Shown: piece after piece, positions 25,021-35,026 of the stretch
Layout: the number at the start of each line of letters is the position of its first letter
Position numbering within the stretch: position 1 is the stretch's first letter
From: Mycobacterium sp.
Lineage (GTDB): Bacteria; Actinomycetota; Actinomycetes; Mycobacteriales; Mycobacteriaceae
Reading direction: 5' to 3'
Length of the DNA stretch: 64,000 bases
NCBI RefSeq assembly: GCF_002863225.1
Contig: NZ_PKEK01000010.1
Coordinates: forward strand, 188-64,187
Made by a program: the position numbers and the translations under genes
The notes under the pieces: generated by a model
The model's input: only the letters and a program-made list of their open reading frames with translations
What the model was told of the DNA's origin: nothing
The model's database searches: none

Positions 25021-25983
25021 GTGACTACATCCCAAACCGGTTCTCTCATTGCGCAGCTGCGCACCGTTCTGGACCTGACGAACACCGAAATCCAAATCGC
25101 CGAAACCCGTGTCGCGCAGGCTCGTACCGACGCCGTACGCCGCGAGCTGACCCAGAACGCCTCCAACGGTCGCGACCGGGCGGTTGCCATCGCTTCGGCG
25201 ATCCGCGATCTCGGTGGCTTTCCAGACGTGATCGGACCGTTCCTGGGACGCGCCGGGGCTGCAGTCAAGGCACTCACCGAGCAGGCTCAGCCGTTCAGCG
25301 AAGCACTCCTGGGCGACCTTGCCCTCGAGGGCCAGTTGCTGGATCGCTCGCGCTACATCAAGGCGCTCGCCGTTGCCGCTAAGCGTTCGGACGTCGAGGA
25401 CTTGGCTACCCGCCTGGTGGAAGCGCACTCCGCGACGGTGGATTGGATCACCACCGTTCTCGCCGAAGACGCGCTCGGCGGACCGGCCGCACTGCGCCGC
25501 ACGCCGTTACAGGCCGCGACCGGGTCGGTCGTCAAACTGGTCAACCTGCCGGTCAACTGGTCGACGCGGGGCGTCGACCGTGCGGTGGAAGTTGTCCGCT
25601 CGACCGCGCCGGCCTTCAACGACCTGTTGAGCCGCGGCGCGCACGCCGGCGATGTGGCAGCGAAAGCGGCGGTCGCCGCACGAGACGCCGCAATCCAGTC
25701 CGCGGAAAGAGTGATCCGCGACCAGGGCAGCACGCAGATCGCGGACAGGGTGCACGCCGCACGCAGTGAGACCGGGGTGCTGAGCTCCGACGAGCTGCCT
25801 ATCGCCGACTACGACGAGCTCAATCAGACCGACGCGGTAGCCGCGATCAAGGATCTGACGGCTCCGCACGACATCCGCGCGATCGTCGCCTACGAGGAAG
25901 CCAACAAGGCCCGCTCGCGCGTGGTCTCGGCAGCTCAGACCCGCGTGGCCGCCATCGCTCAAGAGGTAGTCGGCATCAGCTGA
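25021..25983 (+). CDS. Ferritin-like domain protein with a C-terminal ELPI.DYD.L domain
   Basis: LTNTEIQIAETR, ALEGQLLDR, AHSATVDW and LPIADYDEL. Confidence 0.75.
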   Translation: MTTSQTGSLIAQLRTVLDLTNTEIQIAETRVAQARTDAVRRELTQNASNGRDRAVAIASAIRDLGGFPDVIGPFLGRAGAAVKALTEQAQPFSEALLGDLALEGQLLDRSRYIKALAVAAKRSDVEDLATRLVEAHSATVDWITTVLAEDALGGPAALRRTPLQAATGSVVKLVNLPVNWSTRGVDRAVEVVRSTAPAFNDLLSRGAHAGDVAAKAAVAARDAAIQSAERVIRDQGSTQIADRVHAARSETGVLSSDELPIADYDELNQTDAVAAIKDLTAPHDIRAIVAYEEANKARSRVVSAAQTRVAAIAQEVVGIS

Positions 25984-26004
25984 CCTACTTCACGCACGTC
26001 CTAC

Positions 26005-26040
26005 AAGAGCCCCTGCAGCGATTCAGCTGTGGGGGCTCTT
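26005..26040. terminator. Hairpin between convergent genes
   Basis: AAGAGCCCC...GGGGCTCTT inverted repeat. Confidence 0.7.
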
Positions 26041-26062
26041 GCCGTGCCGGACCGGCGTCGGC

Positions 26063-26554
26063 TCAGCGCTTCGGTCTCGGGCGGATACGCGCTTCGGCCT
26101 GGGCGAGCTGGACGGTATGACCCTCAGCGCACTGCACCTGCGTCGCCAGCGGCGCGCCGCACCCTTCGCCGTGAACTAAGTCGAGCCGTCGTGAGTCGCC
26201 CTGCAACAGCTGGCCGAACTCGACCAAGCTGACCAGTACGGGAAACAACTGTCGACCGCGACCGGTGAGCACGTACTCGTAGCGAGTTCGCTGCCCAGGC
26301 GTCTTGTAGGGCTGCTTCACCAGGACACCGGCGTCCACCAGCTGCTTGAGACGCGTCGCCGCGATCTGCTCGGTGAATCCGGCACGTTGCGCGAAGTCCT
26401 CGAAACGGGTTGTGCCCCAAAAGGCCTCACGGAGCAAGATCAGAGCGGACCGGGTGCCGATCGTGTCCAAGGCACGTTCGATAGGGCAGACCTCGCGATA
26501 CCCGGTTCGGTCACCATCCGCGAGGCGTCCCGTGAGTGTCATCGCGTCAGTCAT
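26063..26554 (-). CDS. HxlR family winged-helix transcriptional regulator
   Basis: CPIERALDTIG, ILLREAFWG, RFEDF and RYEYVLT. Confidence 0.9.
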   Translation of the reverse strand: MTDAMTLTGRLADGDRTGYREVCPIERALDTIGTRSALILLREAFWGTTRFEDFAQRAGFTEQIAATRLKQLVDAGVLVKQPYKTPGQRTRYEYVLTGRGRQLFPVLVSLVEFGQLLQGDSRRLDLVHGEGCGAPLATQVQCAEGHTVQLAQAEARIRPRPKR

Positions 26555-26600
26555 GCGGCCATCCTACCCCGCTGACCATACTTTTATACAGCCAGATAAG

Positions 26601-27134
26601 TCATCGCCCGGGGATGATCAGGCAGCTACTCGTCGCCGTCGCCAGCAACTTGCCGGCCTCAGTGGTCAGCGAGGCTTCGGCCAACGCGGTTCGGCGGCCC
26701 AGGTGGCGAACGGTGCCGGTGCATCTGACGGGTCCGGTGTCCACCCGTATCGCACCGAGAAATCGCACCGACAGGTCCTGGCTGGTGTAGCCGGTTCCGG
26801 CGGGCAACAGGCTGTGCACCGCGCATCCCGCTGCCGAGTCCAGCAGGGTGCTGTAGACCCCGCCGTGCACCGATCCGATTGGATTGTAATGAAATTCGGC
26901 GGGCACCATGGAGAAGACCACGACTCCGGACTCGACCGACTCCATTCGCATGTTCAGCGTGTGCAGCAGCGGTGGCGCCGGCAGGGTCCCGGCCTGCATG
27001 GCCCGCAGGTAATCCAGTCCCGCCATCTCGGACGCGGCCTGAGCCCCGGTCAGTGGATCCTCCCAGCTGAAGGTACGGGTGCGTCGTGCGTCGTCCTGCC
27101 CGCTGCCCGACTGTGTGGTCAACGTGTTGGTCAT
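26601..27134 (-). CDS. PaaI family thioesterase
   Basis: HYNPIGSVHGG, TLLDSAAGCA and HLGRRTALAEA. Confidence 0.92.
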   Translation of the reverse strand: MTNTLTTQSGSGQDDARRTRTFSWEDPLTGAQAASEMAGLDYLRAMQAGTLPAPPLLHTLNMRMESVESGVVVFSMVPAEFHYNPIGSVHGGVYSTLLDSAAGCAVHSLLPAGTGYTSQDLSVRFLGAIRVDTGPVRCTGTVRHLGRRTALAEASLTTEAGKLLATATSSCLIIPGR

Positions 27135-28060
27135 ACCGATGCCTCCAATTGATTTCGGTTGGCGCGTAGGAATTCTCGCATCGACACCGGCTTCCGGTTG
27201 ATCAGTCGGGTCAGCTCGGCAGAGTCGATCGGCAGGGCACCCCGAGCTGCTACCGCTGCTCCGACGTTGGCGATGTGGCCGGCCATCGCGCTATTGACGA
27301 CCCCACCGGGATAGGCCTTAGAGACATCGATGAGTTCGGCGCGCCACTGGTCCGGTGAGATCGTCTCGAATGTGATGGGGCGCCCGAGTTCCTGGGTCAA
27401 CATCTCGGCGATCTCGTGGTGGTTCAGCAGCTCCGACCCGGTCGGATAACAGACCGGACCGTCGAACGCATCCGGCCGCAGCAGGGCGGCCACCGCAAGC
27501 TCCCCGGCGTCGTCGCCGTGGATCCAGCCGACCGCACCATCACCGAAGCTGTTGCGTAGCAGATTCTCTCGCCTGATCGACTCGCCGTGCAGCGCGATGA
27601 CGTTTTGATGAAAAGTGGCGCCGATCCGCAGAATGAGCACGTCGAGCCCGCCCCACGTCATCACCTCCTCCGCCAGCCATTGGGCGCGGCCCAGGTCGCT
27701 CGGGTGATGCGGATGGGCAGGCCCCATCGACATCACGACGGTGCTCACTGCACGTCCCGTCTCGCGCACCGCCGCGGCGTAATTGGCTGCGGCGGTCACA
27801 ACTCCGGCGTCCACCGGGTAGGTGAAGTAGGCCTGCTCGACGTCGGTCAGGGCTCTCACCAGACTGCGTTTGTCATGTAGGTCGCCGATGACCACTTCGG
27901 CGCCGAGGGCGGCCAGCGCATCGGTGCGTTCGCTCAGCGAGCGGGCCAGAATGCGAACCGGCTTGCCTTCTTCACGCAGCCTGCGGGCGACGTGCGCCCC
28001 GGTGGACCCGTGACGGCCGGTGGCGCCTGTCACCAGGATCGGTGCGGCAGATGCGTTCAT
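27131..28060 (-). CDS. NmrA family NAD(P)-binding protein
   Basis: ILVTGATGRHG Rossmann motif; start taken at ATG 28060. Confidence 0.88.
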   Translation of the reverse strand: MNASAAPILVTGATGRHGSTGAHVARRLREEGKPVRILARSLSERTDALAALGAEVVIGDLHDKRSLVRALTDVEQAYFTYPVDAGVVTAAANYAAAVRETGRAVSTVVMSMGPAHPHHPSDLGRAQWLAEEVMTWGGLDVLILRIGATFHQNVIALHGESIRRENLLRNSFGDGAVGWIHGDDAGELAVAALLRPDAFDGPVCYPTGSELLNHHEIAEMLTQELGRPITFETISPDQWRAELIDVSKAYPGGVVNSAMAGHIANVGAAVAARGALPIDSAELTRLINRKPVSMREFLRANRNQLEASV

Positions 28061-28411
28061 CGAGGCTCTCCTCGGGTAAGCGCGACGACGACGCCGCTCG
28101 ATCGATTCGACCAACGATCGTTCCTGTCTTGATTCTTGTCAAGTTAGCTAGCTTCGGGCCGTGCGACATGTGTTGCTGCAGCTGGTATTCAGCACTGCCG
28201 AGACATCAAGTGCGCAGAAGCAGGAACGCCTGACAGTTGATCGCTGTGCACAAATCTATCTAGAAACCACACTTCACATGCAGTTATTCCGAATCAGACG
28301 CCATATTTCCAGAGCAGGCCAAAAGCTGATTTTGACTTGACTTGAATAGAGCTAGCTGTGACAGTGACCCTGCAGGACCACCTTCCCGCGACACCACCGA
28401 GAGGCACGACC

Positions 28412-29296
28412 ATGACTACGAAGGACGGCACGCTGCTGGTCACCGGTGCAGCCGGGCGCACCGGTGGCTACGCCACCAAACTCCTGCTGGAACGCGGCCA
28501 TCGTGTCCGCGCGCTGGTGCACCGCTCCGACGATCGCGCCGCCCGATTGCGCAATGGCGGTGCCGAGGTTGTCGTCGGCGAGCTTCAGGACATCGACGCG
28601 GTCCGCGAGGCCGCGGAGGGCGTTGATGCGGCGTACTTCGTGTACCCGATCGACTCAGGCCTGCTCGAGGCGACCACCACGTTCGCCGAAGCCGCCGAGG
28701 ACGCCGGGGTCGGTGCGATCGTCAACATGTCACACATCTCGGCCCGACGGGCCGCGCCCAGCGACGCGGCACGCATCCATTGGTTGGGCGAGCGGATCCT
28801 GGATTGGTCGCCGATAGCTGTGACTCATTTACGCCCAACCTATTTCGCCGAATGGTTCACGATCTTCTGTGCCTCGGAAATCCGCGACGAGGGCGTCATG
28901 CGGCTTCCGTTCGGTGATGGGCGCCACGCGCCCATCACCGCGGAGGACCAGGGGCGGGTGATCGCCGCGATCTTGGAGAATCCCGAAGAGCACGCCGGGC
29001 AGGTCTACCCGCTGTTCGGCGCCGTGGAGATGAACCACTACCAGATTGCCGAGGCCATCTCGGAGTCACTGGGACGCCCGGTGCGCTACGAGCCGACCGA
29101 CATCCCGACCTGGATTGAAGGCATCAAGTTACTGGGGTTTCCCGAGTTCCTGGCCCAGCACTTGAGCAATGTCGCCGTCGACTACCAGAACGGGATCTTC
29201 GCCGGGACCAACGACCTTGTGGAGCGGATCGGCGGCAAAAAGCCCACCACGGTGCAGGAGTTCATCGCCGACCATCTCGCGGAATTCACCGGCTGA
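28412..29296 (+). CDS. NmrA family NAD(P)-binding protein
   Basis: LLVTGAAGRTG, HLRPTYF and GDGRHAPI. Confidence 0.9.
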   Translation: MTTKDGTLLVTGAAGRTGGYATKLLLERGHRVRALVHRSDDRAARLRNGGAEVVVGELQDIDAVREAAEGVDAAYFVYPIDSGLLEATTTFAEAAEDAGVGAIVNMSHISARRAAPSDAARIHWLGERILDWSPIAVTHLRPTYFAEWFTIFCASEIRDEGVMRLPFGDGRHAPITAEDQGRVIAAILENPEEHAGQVYPLFGAVEMNHYQIAEAISESLGRPVRYEPTDIPTWIEGIKLLGFPEFLAQHLSNVAVDYQNGIFAGTNDLVERIGGKKPTTVQEFIADHLAEFTG

Positions 29297-29407
29297 CCGG
29301 AATACCGCAACAGGTATCGACATGAGAATTTCCCGGCACCGGCGTTCCGACGCCGGCTTCGCTGCCGCCCCCACCGTGGCGGGGTGGCGATCTCGAAAGG
29401 CGAACGA

Positions 29408-29851
29408 GTGAGCCACCAGTCGGCCGGGCGCGCATTTCTGCAAAGGTGGTGGCTGGCCTTGGTCACCGTGATCGCGTTGGGTCTCGGCGTGGCGTGCATG
29501 TGGAAGGTCCACCAGTTCTCCGAACCGAAGCCGGTCATCACGGTCAACGGTCCGCAAGCACCGGAGGAGTTCAACCCCAAGCGATTGACCTACGAGCTAT
29601 CGGGTTCGATCGGTAGCGGCGGCATGCTCGTCTACGTCGACATCGACGGACATCCGCACAAGGTCGATGTCACGGCGTTGCCGTGGACGCATACCGAATC
29701 GACGGTGTTGACCGTGGTCTCAGGCAGCATTTCGGCGCACGTGCACGGCGGTCATGCGACCTGCCGGATGCTGGTGGACGGCGTCGTCCGCGACGAGCAG
29801 TCGACGACCCACTCAGACGCCGACGTCCAGTGCCGGGTGAAGTCCGCGTGA
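29408..29851 (+). CDS. mmpS: MmpS family transport accessory protein
   Basis: N-terminal TM, PK.LTYE, LPW and CR..VDGVVRDE...C.VKSA; stop overlaps the mmpL start. Confidence 0.9.
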   Translation: MSHQSAGRAFLQRWWLALVTVIALGLGVACMWKVHQFSEPKPVITVNGPQAPEEFNPKRLTYELSGSIGSGGMLVYVDIDGHPHKVDVTALPWTHTESTVLTVVSGSISAHVHGGHATCRMLVDGVVRDEQSTTHSDADVQCRVKSA

Positions 29852-32685
29852 GCGCACACCGGGCCGGCCGACCCGTCGTCGCCAGGACGGTTCGGGTCCT
29901 GTCGATACCGATCATCGTGTTCTGGGCATTCCTGGCGGTATCCACCAATGCCTTTATGCCGCAGGTGGAACGGGTCGCCGAAGAACTCGCCGGCCCGATG
30001 GTTCCGACCTACGCGCCGTCGCAGGTGGCGATGCTCAAGATCGGCGAAAAGTTCCACGAGTCGACCTCGACCAGTTTGACCATGGTGGTGTTGGAAGCCA
30101 ACCGTCCGCTGGACGAGCGGGATCACAACTATTACGACGACTTGATCGGGCGGTTGCGCCACGACACCCGACACGTCCAGTACGCCATGGACCTGTGGGG
30201 CAAACCGTTCACCGCCGCGGGAGCCCAAAGTGTCGACGGCAAATCCACCTACGTGTTGTTGCGTCTCGCCGGTGACATCGGGCAGATGCAGGCCAACCAA
30301 TCCGTCGACTCTGTAAGGGAACTCGTCGACAGAGACACTCCCCCACCGGGGCTCGAGGTATACGTCAGCGGCGCGGCTCCGCTGGCCTCGGACACCCTGT
30401 CGATCGCGGATTCAAGCCTGAACAACATCACGATCGTGACGGTCATCCTCATCTTCATCATGTTGTTGTTGGTGTACCGCCGGCTCACCACCCTGGTGGT
30501 GCCGATGTACAGCGTGCTGTTCGAGATCCTGGTCGCCAAAGGTGTCGTCTCGACACTGGGCCATGTCGGCGCCATTCCACTGTCATCGTTCGCGGTCAAC
30601 GTGGTGATCTCGTTGACGCTGGGCGCCGGGACGGACTACGGCATCTTTCTGATGGGTCGGTATCAGGAAGCCCGCCTGGACGGCGAGAGCCCAGAAGAGG
30701 CGTACTACACCGCGTTTCACGGTGTAGCGCCCATCATCATCGGCTCAGGGTTGACGATCGCCGGCGCCTGCTTCTGTCTGAGCTTCGCCCGACTCAACTA
30801 CTTCCACACCATGGGGCCGGCGGTCGCGGTCAGCATGCTGTTCACGATCGCGGCGGCGCTCACCCTGGCTCCGGCACTACTGACGCTGGGCAGCATCTTC
30901 GGGCTGTTCGAACCGCGGACACAGGTCAAGGGAACGCTCTATCGGCGGATCGGCGCGAGCGTGGTGCGCTGGCCGGTACCGATCCTCGCGGCCAGTTCCG
31001 CTGTCGTCATGGTCGGCGCGGTCTTCGTCCCGACCTACAAACAGAACTACGACGATCGCCAGTACCAGCCGTCGAGTGCCTCGGCCAAAAAAGGCTTCGC
31101 GGCCGCCGACCGGCACTTTCCCCCGAGCAAATTGTTCTCCGAGATGCTGATGGTCGAAACCGACCACGACATGCGCGATTCCGCGGACTTCATCTCATTG
31201 GACCGGGTTGCCAAGGCTTTGATTCGACTGCCTGGTGTGGCCATGGTGCAGAGCATCACCCGACCGCTGGGACGGCCGCTCGAACACGCCACCATCCCGT
31301 ACCTGTTCACCACGCAGGGCAGTGGAAACGGCCAGCAGCTTCCGTTCAACCGGGAGCAGAACATGAACACCGACCAGCAGGCGAATATCCAAGCGCACTC
31401 AGTGTCTGTGCTGCGCAAAGAGATCAGCTTCTTCCAGAAGGTTTCCGACGAGATCCACAACACCGTGCTCACGGTCGAGGATCTGGAGAAGATCACGGCG
31501 GAGATGAACGAGGAGATCTCCAATCTCGACGACTTCTTCCGGCCGATCAAGAGCTATTTCTATTGGGACAAGCACTGTTTCGACATCCCGATCTGCTGGG
31601 CGCTGAGATCGGTGTGGGACACCCTCGACCACATCGACCACCTGGCCGAGGACATCAACAAGACCAGGATCTCTCTGGTCGAGATCGACAAGGCATTCCC
31701 GCCCATCATCGCCCAGCTGAAAGCCACTGCTGACGACACCGAAGCCCTGCGGGCCAAGCTGGTGAACTCCTACGGGTCGGCCGATCTGGCGACCATCCAG
31801 ACCGAGCAGACCTTCGACGACTCGATCAACGTCGGCAACGATTTCGACAAAGCCCGTAGCGACGACTTCTTCTACATCCCGCACGAGGGTTTCGACAACG
31901 AGGACGTCAAAACCGGTATGCAGCTGATGATGTCACCGGACGGCAAGGCAGCCCGCTTCATCGTGACTCACGAAGGCAACGCCATGGGTCCCGAAGGCGT
32001 GCAGCATGTCGAGCAGTTCCCCGCCGCGATCACGACGATCCTCAAAGAGACCTCGCTGGCCGGCGCAAGGGTCTACATCGGTGGATCGGCGTCGAACAAC
32101 ACCGACATCAAGCAATACGCGATGTCGGACCTGCTGATCGCCGCGATCGCCGCCTTTGTGTTGATTTTCCTGATCATGATGTTCCTGACCCGAAGTCTGA
32201 TGGCAGCCTTCGTGATTCCGAGCACCGTGGCGTTCTCCTACGCCGGGGCATTCGGTCTTTCGGTGCTCTTCTGGCAACACCTGATCGGGCTGCCTTTGCA
32301 CTGGCTGATCTTGCCGCTGTCGTTCATCATCTTGGTGGCCGTCGGTTCGGACTACAACCTGCTGCTGATCGCCCGGGTCAAAGAAGAGTTGCACGCCGGG
32401 TTGCACACCGGTCTGATCCGCGCGCTGGGCAGCACCGGCGGCGTCGTGACGTCCGCTGGTCTGGTCTTTGCGTTCACCATGCTGGCGATGTTGATCAGCG
32501 ACCTGCGAACGATCGGTCAGCTGGGATCCACCGTGTGCATCGGGTTGCTGCTCGACACCCTGGTGGTCCGGTCATTCGTCGTGCCATCGATCGTCACCAT
32601 TCTCGGAAAGTGGTTCTGGTGGCCGACATTGGTGCGTTCGCGCCCGTTGCCACCGCAATCGACGATGACAGGAGCCCGGCAGTGA
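29848..32685 (+). CDS. mmpL: MmpL/RND family transporter
   Basis: GAGTDYGIFL, AVGSDYNLLL, GGVVTSAGL and DTLVVRS...WFWWP. Confidence 0.95.
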   Translation: MSAHRAGRPVVARTVRVLSIPIIVFWAFLAVSTNAFMPQVERVAEELAGPMVPTYAPSQVAMLKIGEKFHESTSTSLTMVVLEANRPLDERDHNYYDDLIGRLRHDTRHVQYAMDLWGKPFTAAGAQSVDGKSTYVLLRLAGDIGQMQANQSVDSVRELVDRDTPPPGLEVYVSGAAPLASDTLSIADSSLNNITIVTVILIFIMLLLVYRRLTTLVVPMYSVLFEILVAKGVVSTLGHVGAIPLSSFAVNVVISLTLGAGTDYGIFLMGRYQEARLDGESPEEAYYTAFHGVAPIIIGSGLTIAGACFCLSFARLNYFHTMGPAVAVSMLFTIAAALTLAPALLTLGSIFGLFEPRTQVKGTLYRRIGASVVRWPVPILAASSAVVMVGAVFVPTYKQNYDDRQYQPSSASAKKGFAAADRHFPPSKLFSEMLMVETDHDMRDSADFISLDRVAKALIRLPGVAMVQSITRPLGRPLEHATIPYLFTTQGSGNGQQLPFNREQNMNTDQQANIQAHSVSVLRKEISFFQKVSDEIHNTVLTVEDLEKITAEMNEEISNLDDFFRPIKSYFYWDKHCFDIPICWALRSVWDTLDHIDHLAEDINKTRISLVEIDKAFPPIIAQLKATADDTEALRAKLVNSYGSADLATIQTEQTFDDSINVGNDFDKARSDDFFYIPHEGFDNEDVKTGMQLMMSPDGKAARFIVTHEGNAMGPEGVQHVEQFPAAITTILKETSLAGARVYIGGSASNNTDIKQYAMSDLLIAAIAAFVLIFLIMMFLTRSLMAAFVIPSTVAFSYAGAFGLSVLFWQHLIGLPLHWLILPLSFIILVAVGSDYNLLLIARVKEELHAGLHTGLIRALGSTGGVVTSAGLVFAFTMLAMLISDLRTIGQLGSTVCIGLLLDTLVVRSFVVPSIVTILGKWFWWPTLVRSRPLPPQSTMTGARQ

Positions 32686-33101
32686 ACTGGAACGTGTGGA
32701 ACTACCTGACCGCGATCACCTTCGTGCTCGCATTGGTTTTCGCCACGTGCGCTTCCATCTACGTCGGGCGTGTCTTACGGCGAAGTCCGGTGCCACTGAC
32801 CAACGAGGTCAACAGCGTACCTACCGTGCTGGGCAAGCTACGCAAACGAGTGCCGCTGGAGGATTACGAAAAGCCGCTTGCCACACAGATCGTCGACGCC
32901 CGCAGACCTTTGATGGCATTCTCGATCCCGGCCGCCTTCTTCACCATTGGAGCGTTTTATGTCGTCGGCAGCCTCGAGCATCTGCATGGCGCCCAGCCCT
33001 CCGAGCGGACCTACCTCGGTTTCATCCCGATGCTCACCTCGACGAACCTGACTATGCGGATGTTTCTGAGCGGGCGGCTGAAAAACCGGATAGAGAAATA
33101 A
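32682..33101 (+). CDS. Small two-TM hypothetical membrane protein coupled to mmpL
   Basis: GTGA overlap with the mmpL stop; two hydrophobic segments. Confidence 0.6.
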   Translation: MNWNVWNYLTAITFVLALVFATCASIYVGRVLRRSPVPLTNEVNSVPTVLGKLRKRVPLEDYEKPLATQIVDARRPLMAFSIPAAFFTIGAFYVVGSLEHLHGAQPSERTYLGFIPMLTSTNLTMRMFLSGRLKNRIEK

Positions 33102-33231
33102 CGCAAACCGGGGCGCGAGGTGTGCGCGGCGTAAACCACGACCGGCCACGCGGCGAAAGGCTGTTGAAGTGTTGCCCGACGGCACCGTGAGCACCCGCGA
33201 CCGCCACTTTGGACGCTTATCGTTGAGCAAT

Positions 33232-33399
33232 GTGACCACCGCAGACCAGCCGCACGAATCGGATCCTGTGGCCAGCGCACAGCAGCCGCGCAACTCCCTC
33301 GAGAGTCGCCGACGTTCCGGTGACGTTCGCCGGGAGGGCAGCTTCTGCAGTTGCGGCATGCAGCTCTCCCTCACCGGAATCTGCGTCAACTGCGACTAG
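33232..33399 (+). CDS. Small Cys-rich putative zinc-ribbon protein
   Basis: C-terminus FCSCGMQLSLTGICVNCD*; start uncertain. Confidence 0.45.
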   Translation: MTTADQPHESDPVASAQQPRNSLESRRRSGDVRREGSFCSCGMQLSLTGICVNCD

Positions 33400-33416
33400 C
33401 ATTGCGGCCGAACACG

Positions 33417-33770
33417 TTACGGCACCCGAGTCCACGGCTGACAATTCCTGGACTCGAAGGCCTTGACCCCGGTGTTGATGTTTGCATACATCGAACCGAC
33501 CGATGAATTGGTCTGCAGCACATGGTCCTTGGCCGCATCCGGCGTGCTGTACGTGAACCACGAGCACATCGAGTCCTCGGTCGGCACGTTGTTGATCCAG
33601 ACGCCGAACGTCGAACCCGACCCGGAGGTGTGATACAGCCCGGGGGCGACGTCGGGTCCGACCACGAAAACGCCGTTTCCCGGGATCGGATCCACCGGAT
33701 CGGCGCCGGCCGGCGATGCGAGCGCGACTGCAAGCAGGAAGGCCGCGGAGAGGCGACGTAGTGGGGGCAT
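33417..33770 (-). CDS. Small secreted hypothetical protein
   Basis: Signal peptide ending PAGA; GNGVFVVGPDVAPGLYHT and two Cys. Confidence 0.75.
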   Translation of the reverse strand: MPPLRRLSAAFLLAVALASPAGADPVDPIPGNGVFVVGPDVAPGLYHTSGSGSTFGVWINNVPTEDSMCSWFTYSTPDAAKDHVLQTNSSVGSMYANINTGVKAFESRNCQPWTRVP

Positions 33771-33841
33771 GACTCTTCCCTTCGTGCCAGTTCCCCCACA
33801 GGCAGCCTAGGCCCGGTCGTCCGCGGTGGCAGTATGAGGCC

Positions 33842-35026
33842 ATGAGCACTGGCAAACTTCCCGCCTTCAATCCGCAGGATCCGCTCGGCCTGGACGTGTC
33901 GCTGTCCGACGACGAGATCGCGGTGCGTGACACGGTCCGGCAGTTCTGCGCCGAACACGTCCTCCCACACATCGCGGAATGGTTCGAGATCGGCGACCTA
34001 CCGGTGCGCGACCTGGCCAAACACTTCGGGCAGCTCGGCCTGCTCGGCATGCACCTGGAGGGCTACGGCTGCGGTGGGGCGTCCGCCGTGCACTACGGGC
34101 TGGCTTGCACCGAGCTCGAGGCCGCGGACTCCGGCATCCGGTCGATGGTCTCGGTGCAGGGTTCGCTGGCCATGTTCGCGATCTGGCGATTCGGCTCCGA
34201 GGAGCAGAAGCAGCAGTGGCTGCCAGGTATGGCCGCGGGCGAACTGCTCGGCTGCTTCGGACTGACCGAGCCCGACGCCGGATCCGATCCCGCTTCGATG
34301 AGCACCCGCGCCAAGCGCGACGGGTCGGACTGGGTGCTCAATGGCCGCAAGATGTGGATCACCAACGGGTCGGTCGCCGACGTCGCGGTGGTCTGGGCGT
34401 CCACCGACGACGGCGTGCGCGGCTTCGTCGTACCCACCGACACTGCCGGGTTCTCCGCGAACACCATCCACCACAAGCTCTCCTTGCGGGCGTCGATCAC
34501 CAGTGAGTTGGTCCTCGACGACGTTCGCCTCCCCGAGGACGCGATGCTGCCGGACGTCAAGGGTCTCAAAGGGCCGCTGTCCTGTCTGTCGGAGGCGCGC
34601 TACGGCATCATCTGGGGTTCGATGGGCGCCGCGCGCTCGGCGTGGCAGGCCGCGCTGGAATACGCCGGCGAACGCACCCAGTTCGGTCGGCCGATCGCCG
34701 GATTCCAGCTGACCCAGGCCAAACTCGTCGACATGGCGGTCGAGTTGCACAAGGGCTTGTTGCTGGCGCTGCAACTGGGTCGGCTCAAGGACAGCACCGG
34801 TTTGCGCCCCGAGCAGGTCAGCTTCGGCAAGCTCAACAACACCCGTGAGGCGATCGAGATCTGCCGCACCGCACGAACCATTCTGGGCGGCAACGGAATT
34901 TCGCTGGAGTACCCCGTGATCCGGCACATGGTCAACCTGGAGTCGGTGCTCACCTACGAAGGCACACCGGAGATGCACCAACTGATCCTCGGCCAGGCCT
35001 TCACCGGTTTGGACGCCTTCCGGTGA
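33842..35026 (+). CDS. fadE7: Acyl-CoA dehydrogenase, glutaryl-CoA DH-like (FadE7/Rv0400c)
   Basis: GCFGLTEPDAGSDP, KMWITNG and ESVLTYEGT; syntenic position. Confidence 0.85.
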   Translation: MSTGKLPAFNPQDPLGLDVSLSDDEIAVRDTVRQFCAEHVLPHIAEWFEIGDLPVRDLAKHFGQLGLLGMHLEGYGCGGASAVHYGLACTELEAADSGIRSMVSVQGSLAMFAIWRFGSEEQKQQWLPGMAAGELLGCFGLTEPDAGSDPASMSTRAKRDGSDWVLNGRKMWITNGSVADVAVVWASTDDGVRGFVVPTDTAGFSANTIHHKLSLRASITSELVLDDVRLPEDAMLPDVKGLKGPLSCLSEARYGIIWGSMGAARSAWQAALEYAGERTQFGRPIAGFQLTQAKLVDMAVELHKGLLLALQLGRLKDSTGLRPEQVSFGKLNNTREAIEICRTARTILGGNGISLEYPVIRHMVNLESVLTYEGTPEMHQLILGQAFTGLDAFR

